Notes under the pieces: model-generated
Database searches by the model: none
What the model saw: only the letters and a program-made list of their open reading frames with translations
What the model was told of the DNA's origin: nothing
Program-made: the position numbers and the translations under genes
Assembly (NCBI GenBank): GCA_046563655.1
Contig: CM102287.1
Coordinates: 682,001 to 746,000 of the forward strand
DNA length: 64,000 bases
From: Yuukianura sp. NJ FZ-2021
Lineage: Eukaryota
Direction of reading: 5' to 3'
In this document: piece after piece, positions 52,701-64,000 of the stretch
How positions within the stretch are numbered: position 1 is the first letter of the stretch
Layout of the letters: every line of letters starts with the position of its first letter

Positions 52701-55700
52701 GGGGTAAAATTGCTCGGCAAATTCACAAAAACGGCTGTATCTCGAGAAGTGTGGTTTTCCGGTGAAATCTAATTTCGAATTCGGATTCACCGACTTGAAA
52801 TTGATGTGAGTAGACTTTCAAAGGTGGACATTTAGAAAGGCAGTTTTTCTAAATTTTTAGGGGTAAAATTGCTCGGCAAATTCACAAAAACGGCTGTATC
52901 TCGAGAAGTGTGGTTTTCCGGTGAAATCTAATTTCGAATTCGGATTCACCGACTTGAAATTGATGTGAGTAGACTTTCAAAGGTGGACATTTAGAAAGGC
53001 AGTTTTTCTAAATTTTTAATGGGTAAAATTGCTCGGCAAATTCACAAAAATGGCTGTATCTCGAGAAGTGTGGTTTTCCGGTGAAATCTAATTTCGAATT
53101 CGGATTCACCGACTTGAAATTGATGTGAGTAGACTTTCAAAGGTGGACATTTAGAAAGGCAGTTTTTCTAAATTTTTAGGGGTAAAATTGCTCGGCAAAT
53201 TCACAAAAACGGCTGTATCTCGAGAAGTGTGGTTTTCCGGTGAAATCTAATTTCGAATTCGGATTCACCGACTTGAAATTGATGTGAGTAGACTTTCAAA
53301 GGTGGACATTTAGAAAGGCAGTTTTTCTAAATTTTTAGGGGTTAAAATTGCTCGGCAAATTCACAAAAACGGCTGTATCTCGAGAAGTGTGGTTTTCCGG
53401 TGAAATCTAATTTCGAATTCGGATTCACCGACTTGAAATTGATGTGAGTAGACTTTCAAAGGTGGACATTTAGAAAGGCAGTTTTTCTAAATTTTTAGGG
53501 GTAAAATTGCTCGGCAAATTCACAAAAACGGCTGTATCTCGAGAAGTGTGGTTTTCCGGTGAAATCTAATTTCGAATTCGGATTCACCGACTTGAAATTG
53601 ATGTGAGTAGACTTTCAAAGGTGGACATTTAGAAAGGCAGTTTTTCTAAATTTTTAGGGGTAAAATTGCTCGGCAAATTCACAAAAACGGCTGTATCTCG
53701 AGAAGTGTGGTTTTCCGGTGAAATCTAATTTCGAATTCGGATTCACCGACTTGAAATTGATGTGAGTAGACTTTCAAAGGTGGACATTTAGAAAGGCAGT
53801 TTTTCTAAATTTTTAGGGGTAAAATTGCTCGGCAAATTCACAAAAACGGCTGTATCTCGAGAAGTGTGGTTTTCCGGTGAAATCTAATTTCGAATTCGGA
53901 TTCACCGACTTGAAATTGATGTGAGTAGACTTTCAAAGGTGGACATTTAGAAAGGCAGTTTTTCTAAATTTTTAGGGGTAAAATTGCTCGGCAAATTCAC
54001 AAAAACGGCTGTATCTCGAGAAGTGTGGTTTTCCGGTGAAATCTAATTTCGAATTCGGATTCACCGACTTGAAATTGATGTGAGTAGACTTTCAAAGGTG
54101 GACATTTAGAAAGGCAGTTTTTCTAAATTTTTAGGGGTAAAATTGCTCGGCAAATTCACAAAAACGGCTGTATCTCGAGAAGTGTGGTTTTCCGGTGAAA
54201 TCTAATTTCGAATTCGGATTCACCGACTTGAAATTGATGTGAGTAGACTTTCAAAGGTGGACATTTAGAAAGGCAGTTTTTCTAAATTTTTAGGGGTAAA
54301 ATTGCTCGGCAAATTCACAAAAACGGCTGTATCTCGAGAAGTGTGGTTTTCCGGTGAAATCTAATTTCGAATTCGGATTCACCGACTTGAAATTGATGTG
54401 AGTAGACTTTCAAAGGTGGACATTTAGAAAGGCAGTTTTTCTAAATTTTTAGGGGTAAAATTGCTCGGCAAATTCACAAAAACGGCTGTATCTCGAGAAG
54501 TGTGGTTTTCCGGTGAAATCTAATTTCGAATTCGGATTCACCGACTTGAAATTGATGTGAGTAGACTTTCAAAGGTGGACATTTAGAAAGGCAGTTTTTC
54601 TAAATTTTTAATGGGTAAAATTGCTCGGCAAATTCACAAAAATGGCTGTATCTCGAGAAGTGTGGTTTTCCGGTGAAATCTAATTTCGAATTCGGATTCA
54701 CCGACTTGAAATTGATGTGAGTAGACTTTCAAAGGTGGACATTTAGAAAGGCAGTTTTTCTAAATTTTTAGGGGTAAAATTGCTCGGCAAATTCACAAAA
54801 ACGGCTGTATCTCGAGAAGTGTGGTTTTCCGGTGAAATCTAATTTCGAATTCGGATTCACCGACTTGAAATTGATGTGAGTAGACTTTCAAAGGTGGACA
54901 TTTAGAAAGGCAGTTTTTCTAAATTTTTAGGGGTTAAAATTGCTCGGCAAATTCACAAAAACGGCTGTATCTCGAGAAGTGTGGTTTTCCGGTGAAATCT
55001 AATTTCGAATTCGGATTCACCGACTTGAAATTGATGTGAGTAGACTTTCAAAGGTGGACATTTAGAAAGGCAGTTTTTCTAAATTTTTAATGGGTAAAAT
55101 TGCTCGGCAAATTCACAAAAATGGCTGTATCTCGAGAAGTGTGGTTTTCCGGTGAAATCTAATTTCGAATTCGGATTCACCGACTTGAAATTGATGTGAG
55201 TAGACTTTCAAAGGTGGACATTTAGAAAGGCAGTTTTTCTAAATTTTTAATGGGTAAAATTGCTCGGCAAATTCACAAAAATGGCTGTATCTCGAGAAGT
55301 GTGGTTTTCCGGTGAAATCTAATTTCGAATTCGGATTCACCGACTTGAAATTGATGTGAGTAGACTTTCAAAGGTGGACATTTAGAAAGGCAGTTTTTCT
55401 AAATTTTTAGGGGGTAAAATTGCTCGGCAAATTCACAAAAACGGCTGTATCTCGAGAAGTGTGGTTTTCCGGTGAAATCTAATTTCGAATTCGGATTCAC
55501 CGACTTGAAATTGATGTGAGTAGACTTTCAAAGGTGGACATTTAGAAAGGCAGTTTTTCTAAATTTTTAGGGGTAAAATTGCTCGGCAAATTCACAAAAA
55601 CGGCTGTATCTCGAGAAGTGTGGTTTTCCGGTGAAATCTAATTTCGAATTCGGATTCACCGACTTGAAATTGATGTGAGTAGACTTTCAAAGGTGGACAT

Positions 55701-56376
55701 TTAGAAAGGCAGTTTTTCTAAATTTTTAATGGGTAAAATTGCTCGGCAAATTCACAAAAATGGCTGTATCTCGAGAAGTGTGGTTTTCCGGTGAAATCTA
55801 ATTTCGAATTCGGATTCACCGACTTGAAATTGATGTGAGTAGACTTTCAAAGGTGGACATTTAGAAAGGCAGTTTTTCTAAATTTTTAATGGGTAAAATT
55901 GCTCGGCAAATTCACAAAAATGGCTGTATCTCGAGAAGTGTGGTTTTCCGGTGAAATCTAATTTCGAATTCGGATTCACCGACTTGAAATTGATGTGAGT
56001 AGACTTTCAAAGGTGGACATTTAGAAAGGCAGTTTTTCTAAATTTTTAATGGGTAAAATTGCTCGGCAAATTCACAAAAATGGCTGTATCTCGAGAAGTG
56101 TGGTTTTCCGGTGAAATCTAATTTCGAATTCGGATTCACCGACTTGAAATTGATGTGAGTAGACTTTCAAAGGTGGACATTTAGAAAGGCAGTTTTTCTA
56201 AATTTTTAATGGGTAAAATTGCTCGGCAAATTCACAAAAATGGCTGTATCTCGAGAAGTGTGGTTTTCCGGTGAAATCTAATTTCGAATTCGGATTCACC
56301 GACTTGAAATTGATGTGAGTAGACTTTCAAAGGTGGACATTTAGAAAGGCAGTTTTTCTAAATTTTTAGCGGGTAA
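13707..56376. repeat. Homogeneous 159/160-bp satellite array (~42.7 kb, ~267 monomers); candidate (peri)centromeric satellite
   Basis: Monomer TCACCGACTTGAAATTGATGTGAGTAGACTTTCAAAGGTGGACATTTAGAAAGGCAGTTTTTCTAAATTTTTAGGGGTAAAATTGCTCGGCAAATTCACAAAAACGGCTGTATCTCGAGAAGTGTGGTTTTCCGGTGAAATCTAATTTCGAATTCGGAT head-to-tail, one orientation, variation essentially at two sites. The centromeric role is inference only. Confidence 0.99.
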
Positions 56377-56476
56377 NNNNNNNNNNNNNNNNNNNNNNNN
56401 NNNNNNNNNNNNNNNNNNNNNNNNNNNNNNNNNNNNNNNNNNNNNNNNNNNNNNNNNNNNNNNNNNNNNNNNNNNN
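56377..56476. other. Assembly gap (100 N, true size unknown)
   Basis: Run of exactly 100 N between two different arrays. Confidence 0.99.
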
Positions 56477-59400
56477 AAAATTCGAGGCGGAGCGATTTAT
56501 CCCGACTTTTAAGTCCGCCCTATCCAGATTTAATGGCGATCTATCCACACCAATGAAACTTGGGGTCCTGCAGTACGTTTCATAAGGATTTCAGAAAACT
56601 AACTCATTTTCACCCGGCATCGTTCCGCGCGGAGGTTTTTCGAATGTTCTGTTTTGAAACAAATTTTCATAAATAAAAGTAACGAGATGAGGGACGATAC
56701 AGCAAGTGAAAGTGGGTTCCTGTAGCACTTTTTATGAGGATTTCAAAAATGTTGTTGCCTTTTACCCAGCATCGTTCCGGAATGCATTTCTTTTGAATTC
56801 TCTGCTTTGAAACATGAATTTTCGTAAATAAAGGTAACAAGATGAGGGACGACACAGCAAGTGAAAGTGGGTTCCTGTAGCACTTTTTATGAGGATTTCA
56901 AAAATGTTGTTGCCTTTTACCCAGCATCGTTCCGGAATGCATTTCTTTTGAATTCTCTGCTTTGAAACATGAATTTTCATAAATATAGGTAACAAGATGA
57001 GGGACGACACAGCAAGTGAAAGTGGGTTCCTGTAGCCCTTTTTATGAGGATTTCAAAAATATAATTTACTTTCTGTTCATTCTCACATTTGCATGTTCAT
57101 TCTCACAAATTTAAGTCGTTTTGCGTCAAAATGGTGCTCGGCATTCCCCTGGGTGCCGTATTCCAACCCCAGACAAAATTCGAGGCGGAGCGATTTATCC
57201 CGACTTTTAAGTCCGCCCTATCCAGATTTAATGGCGATCTATCCACACCAATGAAACTTGGGGTCCTGCAGTACGTTTCATAAGGATTTCAGAAAACTAA
57301 CTCATTTTCACCCGGCATCGTTCCGCGCGGAGGTTTTTCGAAAGTTCTGTTTTGAAACAAATTTTCATAAATAAAAGTAACGAGATGAGGGACGATACAG
57401 CAAGTGAAAGTGGGTTCCTGTAGCACTTTTTATGAGGATTTCAAAAATGTTGTTGCCTTTTACCCAGCATCGTTCCGGAATGCATTTCTTTTGAATTCTC
57501 TGCTTTGAAACATGAATTTTCATAAATAAAGGTAACAAGATGAGGGACGACACAGCAAGTGAAAGTGGGTTCCTGTAGCACTTTTTATGAGGATTTCAAA
57601 AATGTAGTTGACTTTTACCCAGCATCGTTCCGGAATGCATTTCTTTTGAATTCTCTGTTTTGAAACATGAATTTTCATAAATAAAGGTAACAAGATGAGG
57701 GACGACACAGCAAGTGAAAGTGGGTTCCTGTAGCCCTTTTTATGAGGATTTCAAAAATATAATTTACTTTCTGTTCATTCTCACATTTGAATGTTCATTC
57801 TCACAAATTTAAGTCGTTTTGCGTCAAAATGGTGCTCGGCATTCCCCTGGGTGCCGTATTCCAACCCCAGATAAAATTCGAGGCGGAGCGATTTATCCCG
57901 ACTTTTAAGTCCGCCCTATCCAGATTTAATGGCGATCTATCCACACCAATGAAACTTGGGGTCCTGCAGTACGTTTCATAAGGATTTCAGAAAACTAACT
58001 CATTTTCACCCGGCATCGTTCCGCGCGGAGGTTTTTCGAATGTTCTGTTTTGAAACAAATTTTCATAAATAAAAGTAACGAGATGAGGGACGACACAGCA
58101 AGTGAAAGTGGGTTCCTGTAGCACTTTTTATGAGGATTTCAAAAATGTTGTTGCCTTTTACCCAGCATCGTTCCGGAATGCATTTCTTTTGAATTCTCTG
58201 CTTTGAAACATGAATTTTCATAAATAAAGGTAACAAGATGAGGGACGACACAGCAAGTGAAAGTGGGTTCCTGTAGCACTTTTTATGAGGATTTCAAAAA
58301 TGTAGTTGACTTTTACCCAGCATCGTTCCGGAATGCATTTCTTTTGAATTCTCTGTTTTGAAACATGAATTTTCATAAATAAAGGTAACAAGATGAGGGA
58401 CGACACAGCAAGTGAAAGTGGGTTCCTGTAGCCCTTTTTATGAGGATTTCAAAAATATAATTTACTTTCTGTTCATTCTCACATTTGAATGTTCAGTCTC
58501 ACAAATTTAAGTCGTTTTGCGTCAAAATGGTGCTCGGCATTCCCCTGGGTGCCGTATTCCAACCCCAGATAAAATTCGAGGCGGAGCGATTTATCCCGAC
58601 TTTTAAGTCCGCCCTATCCAGATTTAATGGCGATCTATCCACACCAATGAAACTTGGGGTCCTGCAGTACGTTTCATAAGGATTTCAGAAAACTAACTCA
58701 TTTTCACCCGGCATCGTTCCGCGCGGAGGTTTTTCGAATGTTCTGTTTTGAAACAAATTTTCATAAATAAAAGTAACGAGATGAGGGACGATACAGCAAG
58801 TGAAAGTGGGTTCCTGTAGCACTTTTTATGAGGATTTCAAAAATGTTGTTGCCTTTTACCCAGCATCGTTCCGGAATGCATTTCTTTTGAATTCTCTGTT
58901 TTGAAACATGAATTTTCATAAATAAAGGTAACAAGATGAGGGACGACACAGCAAGTGAAAGTGGGTTCCTGTAGCCCTTTTTATGAGGATTTCAAAAATA
59001 TAATTTACTTTCTGTTCATTCTCACATTTGAATGTTCATTCTCACAAATTTAAGTCGTTTTGCGTCAAAATGGTGCTCGGCATTCCCCTGGGTGCCGTAT
59101 TCCAACCCCAGATAAAATTCGAGGCGGAGCGATTTATCCCGACTTTTAAGTCCGCCCTATCCAGATTTAATGGCGATCTATCCACACCAATGAAACTTGG
59201 GGTCCTGCAGTACGTTTCATAAGGATTTCAGAAAACTAACTCATTTTCACCCGGCATCGTTCCGCGCGGAGGTTTTTCGAATGTTCTGTTTTGAAACAAA
59301 TTTTCATAAATAAAAGTAACGAGATGAGGGACGATACAGCAAGTGAAAGTGGGTTCCTGTAGCACTTTTTATGAGGATTTCAAAAATGTTGTTGCCTTTT

Positions 59401-62400
59401 ACCCAGCATCGTTCCGGAATGCATTTCTTTTGAATTCTCTGCTTTGAAACATGAATTTTCATAAATAAAGGTAACAAGATGAGGGACGACACAGCAAGTG
59501 AAAGTGGGTTCCTGTAGCACTTTTTATGAGGATTTCAAAAATGTAGTTGACTTTTACCCAGCATCGTTCCGGAATGCATTTCTTTTGAATTCTCTGTTTT
59601 GAAACATGAATTTTCATAAATAAAGGTAACAAGATGAGGGACGACACAGCAAGTGAAAGTAGGTTCCTGTAGCCATTTTTATGAGGATTTCAAAAATATA
59701 ATTTACTTTCTGTTCATTCTCACATTTGAATGTTCATTCTCACAAATTTAAGTCGTTTTGCGTCAAAATGGTGCTCGGCATTCCCCTGGGTGCCGTATTC
59801 CAACCCCAGATAAAATTCGAGGCGGAGCGATTTATCCCGACTTTTAAGTCCGCCCTATCCAGATTTAATGGCGATCTATCCACACCAATGAAACTTGGGG
59901 TCCTGCAGTACGTTTCATAAGGATTTCAGAAAACTAACTCATTTTCACCCGGCATCGTTCCGCGCGGAGGTTTTTCGAATGTTCTGTTTTGAAACAAATT
60001 TTCATAAATAAAAGTAACGAGATGAGGGACGATACAGCAAGTGAAAGTGGGTTCCTGTAGCACTTTTTATGAGGATTTCAAAAATGTTGTTGCCTTTTAC
60101 CCAGCATCGTTCCGGAATGCATTTCTTTTGAATTCTCTGTTTTGAAACATGAATTTTCATAAATAAAGGTAACAAGATGAGGGACGACACAGCAAGTGAA
60201 AGTGGGTTCCTGTAGCCCTTTTTATGAGGATTTCAAAAATATAATTTACTTTCTGTTCATTCTCACATTTGAATGTTCAGTCTCACAAATTTAAGTCGTT
60301 TTGCGTCAAAATGGTGCTCGGCATTCCCCTGGGTGCCGTATTCCAACCCCAGATAAAATTCGAGGCGGAGCGATTTATCCCGACTTTTAAGTCCGCCCTA
60401 TCCAGATTTAATGGCGATCTATCCACACCAATGAAACTTGGGGTCCTGCAGTACGTTTCATAAGGATTTCAGAAAACTAACTCATTTTCACCCGGCATCG
60501 TTCCGCGCGGAGGTTTTTCGAATGTTCTGTTTTGAAACAAATTTTCATAAATAAAAGTAACGAGATGAGGGACGATACAGCAAGTGAAAGTGGGTTCCTG
60601 TAGCACTTTTTATGAGGATTTCAAAAATGTTGTTGCCTTTTACCCAGCATCGTTCCGGAATGCATTTCTTTTGAATTCTCTGTTTTGAAACATGAATTTT
60701 CATAAATAAAGGTAACAAGATGAGGGACGACACAGCAAGTGAAAGTGGGTTCCTGTAGCCCTTTTTATGAGGATTTCAAAAATATAATTTACTTTCTGTT
60801 CATTCTCACATTTGAATGTTCATTCTCACAAATTTAAGTCGTTTTGCGTCAAAATGGTGCTCGGCATTCCCCTGGGTGCCGTATTCCAACCCCAGATAAA
60901 ATTCGAGGCGGAGCGATTTATCCCGACTTTTAAGTCCGCCCTATCCAGATTTAATGGCGATCTATCCACACCAATGAAACTTGGGGTCCTGCAGTACGTT
61001 TCATAAGGATTTCAGAAAACTAACTCATTTTCACCCGGCATCGTTCCGCGCGGAGGTTTTTCGAATGTTCTGTTTTGAAACAAATTTTCATAAATAAAAG
61101 TAACGAGATGAGGGACGACACAGCAAGTGAAAGTGGGTTCCTGTAGCACTTTTTATGAGGATTTCAAAAATGTTGTTGCCTTTTACCCAGCATCGTTCCG
61201 GAATGCATTTCTTTTGAATTCTCTGTTTTGAAACATGAATTTTCATAAATAAAGGTAACAAGATGAGGGACGACACAGCAAGTGAAAGTGGGTTCCTGTA
61301 GCCCTTTTTATGAGGATTTCAAAAATATAATTTACTTTCTGTTCATTCTCACATTTGAATGTTCAGTCTCACAAATTTAAGTCGTTTTGCGTCAAAATGG
61401 TGCTCGGCATTCCCCTGGGTGCCGTATTCCAACCCCAGATAAAATTCGAGGCGGAGCGATTTATCCCGACTTTTAAGTCCGCCCTATCCAGATTTAATGG
61501 CGATCTATCCACACCAATGAAACTTGGGGTCCTGCAGTACGTTTCATAAGGATTTCAGAAAACTAACTCATTTTCACCCGGCATCGTTCCGCGCGGAGGT
61601 TTTTCGAATGTTTTGTTTTGAAACAAATTTTCATAAATAAAAGTAACGAGATGAGGGACGACACAGCAAGTGAAAGTGGGTTCCTGTAGCACTTTTTATG
61701 AGGATTTCAAAAATGTTGTTGCCTTTTACCCAGCATCGTTCCGGAATGCATTTCTTTTGAATTCTCTGTTTTGAAACATGAATTTTCATAAATAAAGGTA
61801 ACAAGATGAGGGACGACACAGCAAGTGAAAGTGGGTTCCTGTAGCCCTTTTTATGAGGATTTCAAAAATATAATTTACTTTCTGTTCATTCTCACATTTG
61901 AATGTTCATTCTCACAAATTTAAGTCGTTTTGCGTCAAAATGGTGCTCGGCATTCCCCTGGGTGCCGTATTCCAACCCCAGATAAAATTCGAGGCGGAGC
62001 GATTTATCCCGACTTTTAAGTCCGCCCTATCCAGATTTAATGGCGATCTATCCACACCAATGAAACTTGGGGTCCTGCAGTACGTTTCATAAGGATTTCA
62101 GAAAACTAACTCATTTTCACCCGGCATCGTTCCGCGCGGAGGTTTTTCGAATGTTCTGTTTTGAAACAAATTTTCATAAATAAAAGTAACGAGATGAGGG
62201 ACGATACAGCAAGTGAAAGTGGGTTCCTGTAGCACTTTTTATGAGGATTTCAAAAATGTTGTTGCCTTTTACCCAGCATCGTTCCGGAATGCATTTCTTT
62301 TGAATTCTCTGCTTTGAAACATGAATTTTCATAAATAAAGGTAACAAGATGAGGGACGACACAGCAAGTGAAAGTGGGTTCCTGTAGCACTTTTTATGAG

Positions 62401-64000
62401 GATTTCAAAAATGTAGTTGACTTTTACCCAGCATCGTTCCGGAATGCATTTCTTTTGAATTCTCTGTTTTGAAACATGAATTTTCATAAATAAAGGTAAC
62501 AAGATGAGGGACGACACAGCAAGTGAAAGTGGGTTCCTGTAGCCCTTTTTATGAGGATTTCAAAAATATAATTTACTTTCTGTTCATTCTCACATTTGAA
62601 TGTTCATTCTCACAAATTTAAGTCGTTTTGCGTCAAAATGGTGCTCGGCATTCCCCTGGGTGCCGTATTCCAACCCCAGATAAAATTCGAGGCGGAGCGA
62701 TTTATCCCGACTTTTAAGTCCGCCCTATCCAGATTTAATGGCGATCTATCCACACCAATGAAACTTGGGGTCCTGCAGTACGTTTCATAAGGATTTCAGA
62801 AAACTAACTCATTTTCACCCGGCATCGTTCCGCGCGGAGGTTTTTCGAATGTTTTGTTTTGAAACAAATTTTCATAAATAAAAGTAACGAGATGAGGGAC
62901 GATACAGCAAGTGAAAGTGGGTTCCTGTAGCACTTTTTATGAGGATTTCAAAAATGTTGTTGCCTTTTACCCAGCATCGTTCCGGAATGCATTTCTTTTG
63001 AATTCTCTGTTTTGAAACATGAATTTTCATAAATAAAGGTAACAAGATGAGGGACGACACAGCAAGTGAAAGTGGGTTCCTGTAGCCCTTTTTATGAGGA
63101 TTTCAAAAATATAATTTACTTTCTGTTCATTCTCACATTTGAATGTTCAGTCTCACAAATTTAAGTCGTTTTGCGTCAAAATGGTGCTCGGCATTCCCCT
63201 GGGTGCCGTATTCCAACCCCAGATAAAATTCGAGGCGGAGCGATTTATCCCGACTTTTAAGTCCGCCCTATCCAGATTTAATGGCGATCTATCCACACCA
63301 ATGAAACTTGGGGTCCTGCAGTACGTTTCATAAGGATTTCAGAAAACTAACTCATTTTCACCCGGCATCGTTCCGCGCGGAGGTTTTTCGAATGTTCTGT
63401 TTTGAAACAAATTTTCATAAATAAAAGTAACGAGATGAGGGACGATACAGCAAGTGAAAGTGGGTTCCTGTAGCACTTTTTATGAGGATTTCAAAAATGT
63501 TGTTGCCTTTTACCCAGCATCGTTCCGGAATGCATTTCTTTTGAATTCTCTGTTTTGAAACATGAATTTTCATAAATAAAGGTAACAAGATGAGGGACGA
63601 CACAGCAAGTGAAAGTGGGTTCCTGTAGCCCTTTTTATGAGGATTTCAAAAATATAATTTACTTTCTGTTCATTCTCACATTTGAATGTTCATTCTCACA
63701 AATTTAAGTCGTTTTGCGTCAAAATGGTGCTCGGCATTCCCCTGGGTGCCGTATTCCAACCCCAGATAAAATTCGAGGCGGAGCGATTTATCCCGACTTT
63801 TAAGTCCGCCCTATCCAGATTTAATGGCGATCTATCCACACCAATGAAACTTGGGGTCCTGCAGTACGTTTCATAAGGATTTCAGAAAACTAACTCATTT
63901 TCACCCGGCATCGTTCCGCGCGGAGGTTTTTCGAATGTTCTGTTTTGAAACAAATTTTCATAAATAAAAGTAACGAGATGAGGGACGACACAGCAAGTGA
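56477..64000. repeat. Composite tandem array of 543-bp and 698-bp units (~12-13 units) built from 155-bp subrepeats plus a hairpin-rich segment
   Basis: A marker segment recurs at 57089, 57787, 58485, 59028, 59726, 60269, 60812, 61355, 61898, 62596, 63139 and 63682 (spacings of 698 or 543; difference 155). Confidence 0.98.

Noticed and set aside
13707..56376. CRISPR-like array or tandem RNA gene cluster
   Set aside because: No unique spacers, no cas genes, eukaryotic TE context, and no recognisable tRNA, 5S or snRNA sequence in the monomer.
56341..56500. Biological junction between the two satellites, and the ORF spanning it
   Set aside because: They are separated by a 100-N placeholder gap, so adjacency, distance and orientation are unverified.
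56667..63876. Repeated 62-64 aa ORFs as a tandem gene family
   Set aside because: They use non-ATG starts, show no recognisable domain, and simply follow the repeat periodicity on both strands.

Overview
Eukaryotic (probably arthropod; not provable from sequence) heterochromatic window with no recognisable host gene. Bases 1-13.7 kb are nested mobile DNA. (i) The 5' part of a Polinton/Maverick (adintovirus)-type PolB gene on the minus strand is split by a young 2.47-kb non-coding LTR retroelement (248-bp LTRs, 1 mismatch seen, AAAT TSD); removing the insert restores one open frame. (ii) A degenerate minus-strand Ty3/Gypsy element (gag-PR-RT-RH-IN) is itself split by a 901-bp long-TIR MITE with an 8-bp TSD. 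(iii) About 2.5 copies of a 411-bp repeat follow. From ~13.7 kb to 56.4 kb is a very homogeneous 159/160-bp satellite (~267 copies) with dyad symmetries and a layered distribution of monomer variants. After a 100-N scaffold gap lies a second, composite array of 543/698-bp units built from 155-bp subrepeats plus a hairpin-rich segment. I found no convincing new protein system; the most interesting signals are structural.
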